Under the pieces are notes generated by a model, which saw only the letters and a list, made by a program, of their open reading frames with translations, made no database searches and had not been told where the DNA came from. DNA of 64,000 bases from Glaucostegus cemiculus (lineage: Eukaryota): the NCBI GenBank assembly GCA_976551045.1, contig CDPCPM010000370.1:1054001-1118000 (forward strand). Direction: 5' to 3'. The position numbers were made by a program, and so were the translations under genes. Shown here piece by piece: positions 1-13,660 of this stretch (the first letter of the stretch is position 1; every line of letters starts with the position of its first letter).

Positions 1-267
1 GAGGAGTAGGATTTGGAATTCATATTATCTTCAATAATGCTTCTCGTCAGAGTAAACTCCAGCTGTGTGCCCAGGGACTGGAAATTCCGTTTTAAATTTC
101 AGAACATTAAGCGCTCGCATTTTGACGCAAATCCTCAGTTTACCTGAGTGATTTCAAATTGAATCGTCTCCTTCGTCGTACCTTGGGAATTCGATTTTCT
201 TTCCGGTTTCTGAAAAACTCCGAATCATTTGTGCACCAAATGGAAGACAATAGTCTCTTCAGACGTT

Positions 268-282
268 CCACCAGAGGGCAGC
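268..282 (+). promoter_or_regulatory. CTCF-like motif upstream of tRNA-Glu pseudogene 1
   Basis: CCACCAGAGGGCAGC closely matches the CTCF core CCASYAGRKGGCR. It recurs at 5457 and 16226 in the same context. Confidence 0.55.
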
Positions 283-377
283 AAAAACCCACAAACCACC
301 CAACCTCCAAATCCATCAGGTCGATGATTTGGTTCGACCATTTTGACCAGACAATCTCGTCAATTCCTTCACCAGTC

Positions 378-449
378 TCCCTGATGGTCAAGTGGTCAGG
401 ATTCGGCGTTTTGTCCGCTGCGACCCGGGTTCGATTTCCTGTCAGGCAA
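378..449 (+). pseudogene. tRNA-Glu-derived pseudogene
   Basis: TCCCTGATGGTCAAGTGGTCAGGATTCGGCG...CCCGGGTTCGATTTCCTGTCAGGCAA aligns with vertebrate tRNA-Glu (TCCCTGGTGGTCTAGTGGTTAGGATTCGGCG...GGTTCGATTCCCGGTCAGGGAA). A and B boxes are present, but the stems are mismatched and the anticodon loop is altered. Confidence 0.75.
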
Positions 450-1399
450 AACAGGTTAAATGTTTTGCAGAACCGAAGTCAGTTTCCGGACAACCCCGCT
501 GTAATTTCGCCACAGTGGAAACCAGTGCCGGCACTATGATCTTTAAACTGGGGCTGCAATGCAGACTCGGGTAGCATGCGAAACCCGACGACCCGTATGC
601 GGGATGGGAAATTGAATGGTTAAGGGGCTGGTGATTCATAGAATAGTTTGTGACAGCGCCTAGTGTAAAAGAGGTTATCACATTGTGAACAAAAGTTGAG
701 ATGAGTGCAGTCAGTGATCGTTTTCGCGCAAACAAAGTACGTGCTGAGTGTGTGTGTGATATGAAGAGTGTATTGATTCAAATATATATGGGTATGAGTC
801 GGGGGAAGCGAACCAGCGTGACCTGCTATGGGCATTGACGAAATTTATAGACAAGTTTCACACAATGTTAGAGAGGGATGGCGGAATTTGAAAAAAAAAA
901 TTATGTTGCGTTAGAGAGCCATCAGCAGGAAGAGTAATCATTTTATCATAACGACTTGAGTCAAGTGAACATCGAGTGTAAAGTGGATGAGTGTACTCTG
1001 GTTGATCTTTCTACTATCAGTGCAGTCTTACAGCTCGAACGACTTCATATGATACGAGTCTCAATACCTGTTTGTACTACATGATGCCCACTTGCTTCAT
1101 CTGTGTATGTTACTTATAATGAGTCTTGGACATTATTATTGGTCCTAGTCACTGTTATTGTTACTCAAAACTCCGAAGCAGTGAGAGCACAAAATACGTT
1201 CTCCCTGTTCGACAGTATTTAGAACGCTGCATCTGATTTTATTATACCAGATTTGGACCATGTTACTAGCCATACGTAACTTCTCCAACTACCCAATCTG
1301 CCTGCATCCGGCGTGCTCTACAAAACCTCCCGCCTCCCCAGACACAGTCTGTGATGGCATTCCCTTTGGCAAGAATAGAAATAGAATATTAGATAGAAT

Positions 1400-1800
1400 T
1401 GAAAAAAACACAGCACAATGCAGTCCATTCGGCCCACAAAGCTGTGCAGAAACTTAGTTGGTGATTCCAAACCCTGGTCTCATCCTTGGTTGTCCTGCCG
1501 CTTATTCTGAGACGGCACCCCTTAGCTCCACGGTCCTCAGCCAGGAAAAGCAAGCTGCTGCATTCACACTGTTGAGCCCTTCAATAATTTGCAAGTATCA
1601 GTGAGATCTCCTCTCCTGCCTTTAAAGTGAAACCTAGGTCCATTGATGTTTCCTTTCATCAGCAAGGTCACAACCACATGAACCAAACAAGCGAAACTCA
1701 AGTGATACTCTTTCGTTGGTCTAGCAAGACTTTTCTTCTGAAATCCAATGCTCCTGTAATAAATGCCAGCATGACATTTTCCTTCATACTCCCTACTTTT
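1400..1800 (-). mobile_element. degenerate CR1-like LINE 3' fragment
   Basis: Resembles the reverse complement of the CR1 3' ends elsewhere in the window (ccattcggccc, tctcctctc). Boundaries are approximate. Confidence 0.4.
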
Positions 1801-2379
1801 GTGCCTGTATTTTGGCCGTTAGCCATTTCGTTCCGAGAAACGTCCATGTTTCGTCTTCATGAGCCACAAAGCACAACAAGCCTCAGAAATTTGAATTAAT
1901 CCGGAAACAAAGAAGATGAGATCTGATTTGACAAGCCAACAGCTATTGAGCTGACACTTTTTTTGGAAGAGATGGAGGTCCTGAGAGCTGTGCTGAAACG
2001 TGACGATTTTCTCTGCCAGCAGTGTGGTCGGATATTTGCGGCATCTTCTCTGCCTTTTACAAAACCAGTTACGATGTCCGCTACCCATTTCCCTCAAACT
2101 ACCGACCTTTTATTTTGCACAATTTTGGAGATTCTTCTTTGGTCTCTGAACCAATGTTTCGAGTGAGTCAGACAGACCTCAGAATAAGTTTTATTGTCAC
2201 TACTATATACACATAAAGAATGCATGGAAGCTAAATACCGTACTCCGCAGCTCAAGGTGCTCGTCACATTAAAAAAAAGAAGCAAACACTGAGGGACACA
2301 AAGTCACAGAGATACTAAAAACATTAGAACCACAAAATTAAATAGCACATCTTAAATAAATAATATTAAAGTGAGTGTC

Positions 2380-2720
2380 CTGGCAGCGGACATTAGAGTG
2401 TCGGTGCGTTTCTGTACGCTAAGCATCCTTTAGTGTTGGTGGGACTGATGGCGGGATGAGCGAGTTCACAGTCCTGATAGTTTGTGGGAAGAAGCTATTG
2501 CACAGTCTGGTAGTCCTTGCCCAGATGCACTGAAGCCTTCTACCAGATGGTAAGAGTGTAAAGAGATGGTAGGAGAGGTGCGAAGGGCCCAACATTATAT
2601 TTGTGACTTTTCTAACACATCAATCCTTGTATATATCTGCAATAGAGGGTAGAGAGACACCTATGATTTTCTCTGCCGCTCTCACTATTCTCTGGAGGGA
2701 CATCCGCCCAGCAGCTGAGC
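2380..2720 (-). mobile_element. Rex1/Babar-like LINE 3' fragment
   Basis: gggaagaagctattg...ccttctaccagatgg is the reverse complement of the PLPSGRR...SFFP-type RT C-terminus also seen at about 22 kb. Confidence 0.45.
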
Positions 2721-4269
2721 AGCTGAGACCTGCAGTTGACACCATCTTATCTATTTCTAGTAATTTCGCCCGTTCTGCACCATCATACTGATGTTACCAG
2801 ATGCAAGCAAACGACGATGAAACACCATTTTATATCTTCTGCAATGCTTTACGTGTTAGTAAAGACAGACGCGGCCATTTAGGAGCTCTTACAACAAGAT
2901 TGCCTGTGCAAAGCTCAGTCCGCACGAATTGATCGCCAGGACGATTACCCTGACGAAAGGATTGTGGTGTTTGGAAGAGGGTAAAACTCCAATATTCCTT
3001 ACTTCCCTCCTCTCATTCCAAGATAATATTTGATCAACACGTACGTGGAAACACGCATTACCGCTTCTGGCAGTACTTGATTGAAATGCGGAGAATTTTA
3101 CATTCGGCGACTTCTCGGCGTGGAGACTCACTTTGTGTCGAGTTACTTGTCCGGTGCACTGTTTCTGCCAGACCACAGTTGAAGCAAGAATTCTTGCTTC
3201 CAACATTTATGTTAAGGTAGCATTAATTCCGTTTTTCACTATAGTATCAAGGAGAATCTATTCACAGAGAAAAAAATGCAGCGGAATGCATGATGACCAT
3301 TTAGTTACAATGAATAGTCCGGGATAGCATTGAATTAATATTTTAAAGGAAATGTTAAAAAACTTTTCTGCGACTGGAGAATTTATCTATGTGGAGAGAC
3401 GGTTTGGCTGAAATTGCGTTCTTTTTTGATGAAGTCAAAATTTAAAGATAGCTGATCTGAGGTTCAGGCAATTATAGCGGAAAAAATAGGGAGGGTGAAT
3501 AAGTGCGGCATGCATTTATTAACAAATACTGAATTCATGAGACGACATACATTCATATCAAAGGTTGCAAGCAACGGGAGAGGAGGATATTTTTCATCAA
3601 CAGACTGACGAGCATATGGCAAGGCTGATGAATTTCACGTAGATCTGATGGATTTTGGCAAGCGTTTTGACATCCTACCCATCCAGCTTGTCAAAATACG
3701 GAGTGAATAGAGAGGATGAATTGTAATCGAGGTCGTCTCAGTGGATGGGACAAATATGTAAGGGTTAGTGTGTATTATTCAGAATGGAAGCATTGACTAG
3801 TGGACTCCGTAGGGATGAGTACATTTGTTGCATCAATCCTACAGTACTAATCACCAAGAAAATATCCAATCAGTCCATGGCTTCAACTTTTACGTCAGTT
3901 AATATGCGTGCGGCATGAGAAATATATTTAACGTTTTAGGTGGACGATCCGACTTGCGAAACAGCTGGACAGTCGAATGAATTAATGTGTCCCTCATTTC
4001 AGATGGTTCAAATGTTTGAAACGAATCGGGTCTCAAACGTGACCCGTGAGCTCCCTCTTGCGTTGCTTGGCGGCTGGAAGTCGAACGACAGAGACCCACA
4101 CAAAGTGAACACAAACACGGACACTCATATTCTGGCCTCATGGAAACACATAAAACAACGAGTTAGAGAGAACTACATAAACATATGCAAAAAAGACAGG
4201 TGCTATTAAGCACAGACAGACAATTAAGTGGATACAGGCATAAATATTGATTAGAACGCAGACAGAGAA

Positions 4270-4625
4270 AGGACATAAATTATTGTGGAGTTCCAGGACC
4301 AGAGGGCAGAACCTTAGGACTAGAGGGTGCAGGATTAAAACACAGATGAGGAGGAATTTCTTTAGCCAGAGGGTGGTGAATTTGTGGAATTTCTTGCCAT
4401 AGAAAGCAGTGGAGGCCAGATCATTGTAGATATTCAAGAAGAACATAGATAGATATCTAATTGGTCGAGGTATCAATGGATATGGAGATAAGGCTGCAAT
4501 TCGGAGATAGAATAAGTATTTTTTATCTTCTTCCCCCTTTTTTCACCAAACTCCCTTCCCTTTGGAGCAGACTCGACGGGCCGATTGGCCTACTTCTGCT
4601 CCCTTGTCTTGTGATCTCTTGTGAA
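4270..4625 (+). mobile_element. CR1 LINE 3' end, paralogous to 15130-15485
   Basis: Similar to the CR1 terminus at 15.1-15.5 kb (gagggtggtgaa..., tggcctacttctgctcc, tcttgtga tail), with shared downstream flank. Confidence 0.75.
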
Positions 4626-5456
4626 CAATTTCTAATGGAGAATTCTGAAGCATTTGTCATTGGCGATAAGAAGCCCCAATAAATTCCATGCCCATCACCA
4701 AGCATTTAGTCTTCCGTCCTCTTATCCAGTGGTACACCGCGGCGTCAAGGACGTCGATAGCACTTAGCCGGAAAGTCCCAAAATACAGTACAGTGGGACT
4801 AAAAGCTGATCTCGGAACTATATATAATCCTTGTCTTCGGTCGCTTTATTAATATGCACCGTTCTGTTCACTTCTTTGCACGGAGATAAGACTAGGACTG
4901 TAGGGGTTTCAAGGGAACATTCACAGGTTTGTTGTCCATCCTGCAATAAATCAAGAGGAACGCAGGACTGGACAGTCATGTGTTCTTTTTTTTAATTTGA
5001 CGCAGAGGAGGCGGAGCAGAACATCAACGAAGTTGGTTAATTTAAAGGGGCTCAGATGAAGTTAGTGGGAAGGAAATATTTCCATGACGTCTGGAGTTGA
5101 AGTAATCAAAATGAAAGTTATTAAAGAAGACAGGGAAAGTTCTTTATGTCCCTGTTGCATTTCTCTCCGGATCCCCGACCTTGTCACCCTTCAGTCAGGA
5201 TGGTGGGAAACTGCACATAATCCTGATTACATCCGATGTCAGCTGGGCGAAAAAGGTCCACTCGGCGGCCGGAGTTTAGAGGCAACCATTTGACTGGTTT
5301 ACATCACAATGTGTCTCAGGTCTCGGAAGTGATGTGCTGATCATTTGAGCTCCAGCCGGAGATGCTGAAACAGGGAAATTTATCTAAGTTGCTTTGTGTT
5401 GAAGAAAAGCGTGTTTGGGCAAGAATTGGAAGAGAGGAAGAACTTTTTTAGATCTT

Positions 5457-5471
5457 CCGCCAGGGGGCAGC
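5457..5471 (+). promoter_or_regulatory. CTCF-like motif upstream of tRNA-Glu pseudogene 2
   Basis: CCGCCAGGGGGCAGC is a near-consensus CTCF core. Confidence 0.55.
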
Positions 5472-5603
5472 GAAAATCATTACAACCGGACCACCACCCC
5501 ACCCGCCGGGCTTCCCCGTCTAGAATGTTCAGCGAGAGTTTGGTTCGGGGGAATTGGGCTGCACACTTTACATTAAACAGTCTGGCCAATTCCTTCATGG
5601 GTG

Positions 5604-5675
5604 TCCCTAATGGTCCAGTGGTCAGGATTCAGAGCTTTCATCGCTGCGGGCCCGTTTCGATTCCCGTTCAGGGAC
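5604..5675 (+). pseudogene. tRNA-Glu(TTC)-derived pseudogene
   Basis: TCCCTAATGGTCCAGTGGTCAGGATTCAGAGCTTTCATCGCTGCGGGCCCGTTTCGATTCCCGTTCAGGGAC has anticodon loop CTTTCAT (TTC) but mismatched stems. Confidence 0.7.
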
Positions 5676-6269
5676 CACAGGACCTTATGATTTTTTTAAG
5701 AACAGGACAGATCCCCGTACACCTGCTGAAATTTCAGTACCACCCCCACTTCATGAACAGCCACCAGCCCATCAGTCATTCGGATGACAAACTCGTGATA
5801 TTAAAAGCAATTGAAAGTTTCGACAATGATTAATTCTCTGTCCCTTCCGATAGACGCTACTTAAGTTGCTGATTGGTTCCGACACCTTATGCTTTTAGTT
5901 TAGATTTCCTTCATCTGAATATTTGTTTTACCTTTCAAAGATTCTGCTTTGTCTATTTATGTCAATGTACTGGTACCCCATTAAGAGCACGCATGACAGT
6001 GCTTTCACACACGTTAAAAACTGAAAAGAAGAAATAAAGCTTGTGAAGAAATAAAGTAAGGCCTAACTCAGGATAAAAATTAGAGTAACTCGAAAAAGCA
6101 GCCTGTCGTTTCTTGAAAGAACAAGAAAAAAACGTTAAGTGTGAATGACTTTTGTGACTTTCTCATACAGATGGACGGTACAACAGTTCGAATTAAAACC
6201 AGTGTATTTTGGCTAAACAAAGCGGTCTGCAACGGGATGACGGAGAAGGTCTTGAACGTATACTGGGAA

Positions 6270-7275
6270 CACAGGCGACATGGTGGAATAGTTGAGGACA
6301 GCGGAAAAAGTTCAAAGAGATTTGTCACCGTGCTCAACAAAATATGTTCCAGGATTATCAGGGTGGGTCGAGCCAGCCTTGGATAACTGAGGAATTAAAG
6401 AAAGGCATCAATCTGAAAGCTCTGCCATAAGTAGTTGCTAAGAGTTGTGGGAAACTGGAAGATTTAAGCCACTTTGAAAGGCAACAAAGAACGACTTAGC
6501 AAGCACGAAGGAAAGGGAAGATAGATTATGAAAATAAAAAACAGACAGTGAAAGTTTATTATGATTATATATATCGGAAAAGAGTGGCTAAACTGAAAGA
6601 AACCTGATACGGGGAATGAATATTGGATAATTTGGAAATTGCCGAGGAATTAACCGATTATTTGGTTTCTGCCCTCACGGTGGATGGCACGTCCAACATG
6701 CCAAAGAAAGTGTTATGGATGCGATGGGATGTAGGAACTCAATACAGTCCTTATCACTGAAGAGGTAATGTTGAGGAATCCAGTGGTCCAAAATGCAGAC
6801 ATGTTCCCTGCTCATGAAGTGCATCCCAGTGTACTGAAGTAAATGTCGTAAGTCACTGAGCAGTTGTTTTTGATAATTTACCAACATTTTTACTAATCTG
6901 AGCAGGGCCAGGCGGATTGAAAGACAACAAATATCACTCCGACGAGTAAAAAAAAAGGATTTAGACAAAACGAAGGTAACTTTCGGCCAGTTAGTTTAAC
7001 GTCTGCAGTCGGGGAAATTCTTGAATCTATCATTAAGGAGGAAATACCGAGATATCTGGTTTGACGTGGTTCCGACAGGAAGCCACAGCATGGAAGCAGG
7101 AAGGGAAGGTTTTGTTCGACAAACTTGTTTGTGGATAGAACAAGCACCGTGGACAGAGGGAACAGGTGCATGTTGTTACCTTCGATTTCCAGAAGGCGCT
7201 CAATGTGTTCCTCGTAAAATTCTTATCCATGAGGTAAGGATGCTTGGAGTTTATAACGTATTGGCATGGAATTAG
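6270..7275 (+). mobile_element. degraded CR1 LINE ORF2 fragment
   Basis: Remnants such as GNFRPVSLTSAVGEILESIIKEEI and a decayed YLDFQKA-like stretch, with many stops and frameshifts. Confidence 0.7.
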
Positions 7276-10200
7276 TAAGCCCGAAACCCACTCGATATCA
7301 CGAGATCCGTGAACGCCATGACCACGAGTCTGCTGGTTACATAATTCAGGATCACAATGCTCATTACATTCCTTGTTAAAGAGAAGGAGAGATCAGATCA
7401 CTCATGACGAGGTTGGCCATTGTACTGAACGTTTATCTGGAGGCTGAAATTAAATTAGTAACTTGAGTAGATGTTCAAGCGCTGTTCAGGTCAGATTAGT
7501 TTATATTATTAACATTATGCAGATGAGTTCTCATGTTTTACAGCAGGGTAGGTCAAACAGTTAAAACAGCAAAAGGAAAAGAAGGCAACATCCGTGAGGA
7601 AAGTTTTAAATGAGAACATAACATTCAGAACTTTAATCACAACATCACCGCAATAAGAAGTGCAAAGGAACATCCGCGAAAATAAAATTAACTGTCTGAC
7701 AGATAAGCGCATAAACTGTCCCTAAAAACAAAGGATAAATAAATTTCAATAATTTGGAAGATATTCCTGACAGTTCAATCAATGGGGTTCAGTTGCTTGA
7801 ATGTGATGCATACCGGAACAGAGGGATCAGCAGGACTCAGCGAGGTGTCCATCTTCAAGCGAGGACTGTCACTGTTCAATTTATTTGACCCTGGTAAATG
7901 AGCCTTGCAGTTACTCCTAAAATTCCACGATCCCTCGGACACCAGGCCACACACAGTGTTACAACCTAAAGTGTTGCCCAGTCACTCTGCTTATTGGACT
8001 TGTCTATCTAACTCCAAGCTGATTCATTGTTCACTTTACACTGGTCACTGATTTTACCATGCTCAACGGTTGAAGTAATGGCATTCCTATGAGACAAGGC
8101 CTAAATATGTATTTGGGGCGCATTACATAATGTACAGACACTGTTCAGACACCAACGTTTCCCACATCTCCAGGTGCGATATGGTATACATTATTAACGT
8201 CGTAATTGCATAAGCTGAAACCCAGTTGACCCTGGTAAATGAGATGTTACAGTAATTATCACTTAATTATTAATTAATAATAATTACACTCAGATATCAA
8301 CATTCTTTATATGACACTGATCACTGCACATTGAACTTTCTCCCGCCGTCAAGAAGAGTATTCATTTCTCGATCGGCGATTGTATTGCCGTCTCAGTGCC
8401 TTAACCGCTGAGACAAACATCCTGCAACAGGCAACAGCTGTGCTCCATAAACCGGCTGCAATCTTTGTACAAAGAATTCACCCATCATTATGACTGTGAT
8501 ACTGCGCACAGAAATTCAACTTAACATCAGGCAGTCGCGGCGCCGAATGGACAATCGATATTCTCTCTCTGCCGCCTGCTTTACAGAAGCAAACCGGGCT
8601 TTTGCGAAATCAGCCGGATGTTCACCAGCGGCCTCTATGCTTGTGCCGTCCACCTGGGTTTTGGCGATGCCAGTAAACATAACAAGCAGCGCTGGTTAAG
8701 GTGCAGTACAAAAAGATGTATTCACCCTCTCTCAAGGGTGAGCACGGATTCCGTTGAGTCACAAAATCGGCATGGTGGTGAGGGGTGGGGATGAAAGCGG
8801 GAAATTAATCTGAACGTTCAATTTGAGTATCGTGGGCGGGACGGCGCGCAAAGACCTTTGGATTTATGGTAATAAATTTCGCAGAACAGGATTACATCTG
8901 TGTGTTCCCGAGACAACCTTCTGATACCGATGTTTACCTCACATTATGTACTCGTCTCAAATTCTCTTCTCTCTCACCGATCATATTTTTCAAAACGAAA
9001 TCTTGGTTATTCATCTCCACTCTTCCACCTGTCACCGAGTTGCACATTCTCATCATCCTCACGATTAAAGAGTTTCTTCTGAATGTTTCACGGAATTTAT
9101 CGGCGACCACCGAAATCATGCTTCTGCCCATCTGATCTGAATATCACACAGGTTCAAGCGTTCTCCAATTGTCCATTCTATCAAAATGTGAGAGGCAGAT
9201 TGTGTTTTTTTCTATTGTGGGAAACATTCTTCATTTCAATGGATCGTATCTGATTGTTACAAACTCGCTGATTTCTTATGTTTTCAGAGTTGCTTTGTAT
9301 TCATCTCTTTGAGACATTATGAATGAGAATCTGTTATGTCAATTGTTCCCCCAGCAATTTAGTGGTCATTTTGAAACGCTCGCCTTCTTGCCGCTGGATC
9401 ACACCAGACAGAGCGCTAAGAGAGTGATTTTAATTGCTCTCAAAAGATATATCTTTTTTTGGCCTCAGGGAACTGTAGGTCATAAATCAGTGGAAGGAGA
9501 CAGGACTGCCTGCAATGGATCAACGTCACTTCTGGCAGAACACAACTAGGAAAGTGGGCGTAGTTCCGGCTGCGGTTGTTGTGTTCCTCCTTGCGACTCC
9601 AGAGTTCGGTGTGTGGTTATTTCAGACAGTTCAGACAAGAACCAAAAGGGGACGGGATGAAAGGAAGGAAAAAATGTGTTCAATCCGCAGAGCCCTGAGA
9701 GGCAGCTTGATCTCCGAACAGAGAGTTCCATGTGATTACATACACGTTGGGCCCAGGGACGTTTGGCCAGGGAGAAGCACTTGATCTCTAGCTAACCCGA
9801 CTGTCGACTTGATTAACAGGTGACCTATGGAAGATAAAATACAGAAATGCTGCGAACACTCAAAATGTCAGGCGCCATCTGAGGAAAAATGGTAAATTAG
9901 TTTGTTTTCGTTACCTGCACTGAGTGATAGTGAAAAACAATGTGTTGTATGCCATCCATGCATTTTATTTCATCATATGAAAACATCGAGAGAAAAGCAA
10001 TAATAACTGCCGTATATGGTGTTGTAATTAAATAGAAAGCGCAGCGCAGGCGCTCAATGAACTGAAAGGCCATAACGGGGCAGTTGATGAGATCAAGGGT
10101 CATAATAGTGTAACCAGGTACTAATTTACAACAGGAAAGTCTCATTGGTTGATGAGGAAGGACGCCGTGGTCTAGGTTTCAGCCAGCAGACGCTGCCCAA

Positions 10201-10421
10201 TGAACATACGCACTAAGCGACATTTGTTTGCTGCACTTCCCCGTGCCTTCACTTCGAACCCATTCGCTTTCACAATGAACGGGAGCAGCTTGCCCACAAT
10301 AAAACACTCCACCATGTTTCATACTTTGCCACTCCCGGATCACCGTGCAAAGCTGTCAAGCTGAACGACGTAAATCAACTCCCTAACTTCCCACTGTGTC
10401 AGACATCTCTGAAGCGCTGAG

Positions 10422-10460
10422 AGTTTTTGTACAGGTTCCACCCCGCTCTGTGTGTCTGTG
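10422..10460 (-). other. 23-bp RSS of the TCR V alpha/delta segment
   Basis: On the minus strand: CACAGAC heptamer (10460-10454), 23-bp spacer, ACAAAAACT nonamer (10430-10422). Confidence 0.85.
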
Positions 10461-10978
10461 GGTCTCAGGGCGCAGTAATACACCGCCGAGTCTGCCAGCT
10501 TGGCGCCAGAAACAGTCAGCGGGACGGTTCCCTTCGATTCGTCGAGAGCGGCTGAGAATCGCGTCCCTTCTTTGCTCCCCTTCTTCTCGCTGTATCTGCT
10601 TTTATGGACTAGGAACTCCAAGGCACCGTTGTGATATTGACGGTACCAGAACAGGTCTGGATCGGTAGTGCTTGTAGCTGTAAAATTACAGTGCAACTGT
10701 ACATCATCTTCCTCGCTCGCTGTGGCTGCCGACGGCGTCTGTGAAACAGAGTCTCCCCGAGAGTGTCCTGCAAAAGCCAGAACGAGAAGATAAAAGCAAT
10801 CTAATGTCACAATGTCTAAATCCCACAATCGGCTCCTCACCCATTGTTCTTCCAATACTCGGTGAGCTATCAGCTAAAATATGACGCCTGATATGATTGC
10901 GAACCAGAGTGTTTTGCAACTGGTGGACTCACCGATTAAGAAAGTTACTGCTGTGAGAAATAAATAAACAATGAACAT
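10461..10978 (-). CDS. T-cell receptor alpha/delta variable segment (leader exon 10978-10933, V exon 10767-10461)
   Basis: Leader MFIVYLFLTAVTFLIG with GT donor, then TTTTGCAG acceptor. The V exon reads HSRGDSVSQ...LHCNF...WYRQY...LADSAVYYCALRP with canonical Cys/Trp/Cys, and is followed by a 23-RSS. Confidence 0.92.
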
Positions 10979-11919
10979 GTTTGCACAAACTGAATGGAGT
11001 GTTTTAACAGAACTCTCCCGGATCGAAATCGATTTCATTCTGATACTGAATGACGGGCAGACTCTCTGCTGTTTGTTCCCGAGGAACTGAGCAGCTGGCG
11101 TCTAATCAGCTGATTGCCACGTTCTTCTCAATTCGTCCAATCAGATCTCATATCCTTTTTCCTGTTGGTTTCAGTTATCTCGCACCACAGTCAATCAAGA
11201 TTAACCTTGTTTTTTCAATGAAGCATGGCATGGTAATGGGGGCGGGACCTCCGATGATCTCTTTGAATAAGAAAAAAAGGAGACGAATTAAACCCGAAAG
11301 CGAAACGCTATCGATGCCAGACCTCTGAAAACGGATCAGACAATGATACAAGTCCACGACTTGAAAATCAAACTAAACTTTTTCATGTCGATATAGGATG
11401 TTGATACTGTGCGAACAATAAGAACCGTGAATTTAGGTTTTATCTCGATATTCCGGCATGCAGGAAAAAGGTTACGATCTCTAGCATCCGGAACCACCAG
11501 CAACCGACAAAGGGGAGGGGAATTCATGCGATGGCAGGATTAGTCAATGGGGACGAAGTCAGGAGTCGAACGATGTGTTGTTTTATGAGACGAAAATTTG
11601 AGAATTCATGTTGACAGGTCCAGTTGTACAGAGAATTAATGGCATCACTTCAGGGTCATAACGTGTATGTCTGATCTCCCTTTCTCATGAAGAGTACGCT
11701 TGGGGTAGAGAAGAAACAAGTATCATCAAGTCAATTCCTGGATGTCTATTTTGTCATTTGAGGAATGACACCGCGAATGAACTCATACTCATTGCGAAAA
11801 TGCGATATTATGTCACAGCAACGTTAGGAATCTGCAGGGCCTTGTCTGGCAGAGGTCGATTTGATATAATCCCACCCCGCAACAGTGGTGCCTCGGCCCA
11901 AGAGTGAAAGAATTGTAAT

Positions 11920-12550
11920 ATCGTTGAGTGAGCTAGGGCTTTTATCTTTGAAAAGAAGGAGGATGGCAGCTGACTTGATAGATGTGTACAAAATGATAAA
12001 TGAAAAAGACTGACTGGACAGTCAGGGAAGTTTTCCCAGGGCGACGCTGGCTAACGTGAGGGGAGATAGTTTTAAGGTGATTGGAGGAAGAGAGACAGGT
12101 GATATCAAGGATATGTACTTTACACAGAGTGGTGGGTGCGTGGAATACACTGCTCGCAATGGTTGTGGGGCAGATACATTAGGGACATTTAAGAGACTCC
12201 AGGACATGCGAATGATGGAGAAATGGGGGCTATGTGGGAAGGAAGAGTTCGATAGACCTTAGAGTAGATAAAATATCAGCACGACATTGTGGGCCGAAGG
12301 CACTGTACTCTACTGTTCTGTTCTATGTTCCATGGGATCGGCTGTTCCAGACGAAAATGAGGAGGAAGTATTTCAGCGAGAGGGCGGTGAATGTTTGCAA
12401 TTCACAGCCCAAAAAGGCCGTGGAGGCTGTCTTTGGGGATATTCAAGATGTCATCAATGGATGTAAAAAATAACTCAGGATATGGGGTTAATGCCATAAA
12501 GTGGAGCTGAACTAAATGATCATCACATGTTCTTACATTCTTATGTGTTT
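11920..12550 (+). mobile_element. CR1-like LINE 3' fragments (two adjacent)
   Basis: Contains RGDSFKVIGGR...YFTQ and LFQTKMRRKYFSERAVNV, which are typical CR1 ORF2 C-terminal peptides, plus a 3' UTR with gggccgaagg. Confidence 0.65.
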
Positions 12551-13646
12551 GCACTTCAACGCAACGTTTGTCATCCTCCTTCCGTGTTTGATTCGCTCTC
12601 TCTCTAATGAGATCACAAACTCGGCCTCAGATCCGATCCAGTGAATGACTGCACACCTGGCACCGTGTGCGGCTCGGCCCGCAGTGATACACGGCAGATG
12701 CATAGACGTGGGTCCCGGAAACTGTCAAAGGAACCGCTTACATATCCAAATCCAAATCGACAAAGAAGTGGGGAAGGAAGTCCGGAGACTGCTCCTTTCC
12801 ATCTTGCCGAATCTCTTGAGTAAATATCTAGGAGCTGTTTTTCGATGTTGGATGTGCAGGAAAAGGGTGGGAAATTTGCTTTATGTGGAGTAAGTGCAGT
12901 TCAGTAACAGTACCTTTTCCTTTCAGAAACTTTCCTTCACGTGGATACTTGGAAACCTTGTTTTCAGCACTTGCTCCAGCAACAAAACTTTGAGAGTTCA
13001 AACAGTGGAAGAATGAATACGATATAAGGAACACCCATTGACCTTTTAAACATAGACACACCGGGCAGCAGCGCCATTGAAATCAGCAGTGAACAAGAGG
13101 AATCCATGGCTTCAGGTGGAGAGTCGAACTGGAATTAGAATGTTTTCAGTATGTTCATCGCACGGAGTGAAATATGAAAGAGGAAAATCAGATCAGGACG
13201 GGCTTTACTGACTGTAGGAACCGAGGGTGGGTCAAGCGCAGGTTTGGCTTTCAAATGCAACCAACTGCGAACCAATCGGCGGAAGCCAGTTTGAATTTGC
13301 TGCCGACTCCCTTCAAATTGCGCGCTGATTCTTCTGTGCACAGCGGATTCGTGAAGAATGTTGTCGGACCCTCTGACAAATGTTCTCGGGTGAACTGAGG
13401 CAGCAAAGCGCAGTACTATGGAAACACATGGAAACAGAGCCACAGTGAAATGAAGCGAAAGCAGCATAAATCTAAAAATTGCGGACAAAATAACTCAACA
13501 GCTCAGGAAGCATTCCGGGAATGACTAACATAGAGACGGATTTAGAGCGAAGATCCTTTGTCAGAAACAATTGGACAGACGCAACATTATTATGCACCTA
13601 CATCTCAAACGATTCAAACACATTGGGACTCAAACGTGTCCCTGGA

Positions 13647-13660
13647 GCGCCCTCTTGCGG
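13647..13660 (-). promoter_or_regulatory. CTCF-like motif
   Basis: The reverse complement CCGCAAGAGGGCGC matches the CTCF core. A decayed paralog lies at about 4050. Confidence 0.5.

Noticed and set aside
378-449. Functional tRNA with TTG anticodon
   Set aside because: The body is tRNA-Glu-derived, with acceptor and T-stem mismatches and a non-canonical loop, so it is treated as a pseudogene.
7885-8255. Short direct repeat TTGACCCTGGTAAATGAG about 343 bp apart
   Set aside because: Only two copies with no enclosed ORF or other structure. Probably an old local duplication.
10392-10398. Perfect CACAGTG heptamer on the minus strand downstream of the V alpha/delta RSS
   Set aside because: No nonamer at 12 or 23 bp.
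10768-10855. N-terminal extension of the 171-aa ORF as a single-exon protein
   Set aside because: This is intron read-through. The true leader exon is at 10978-10933.
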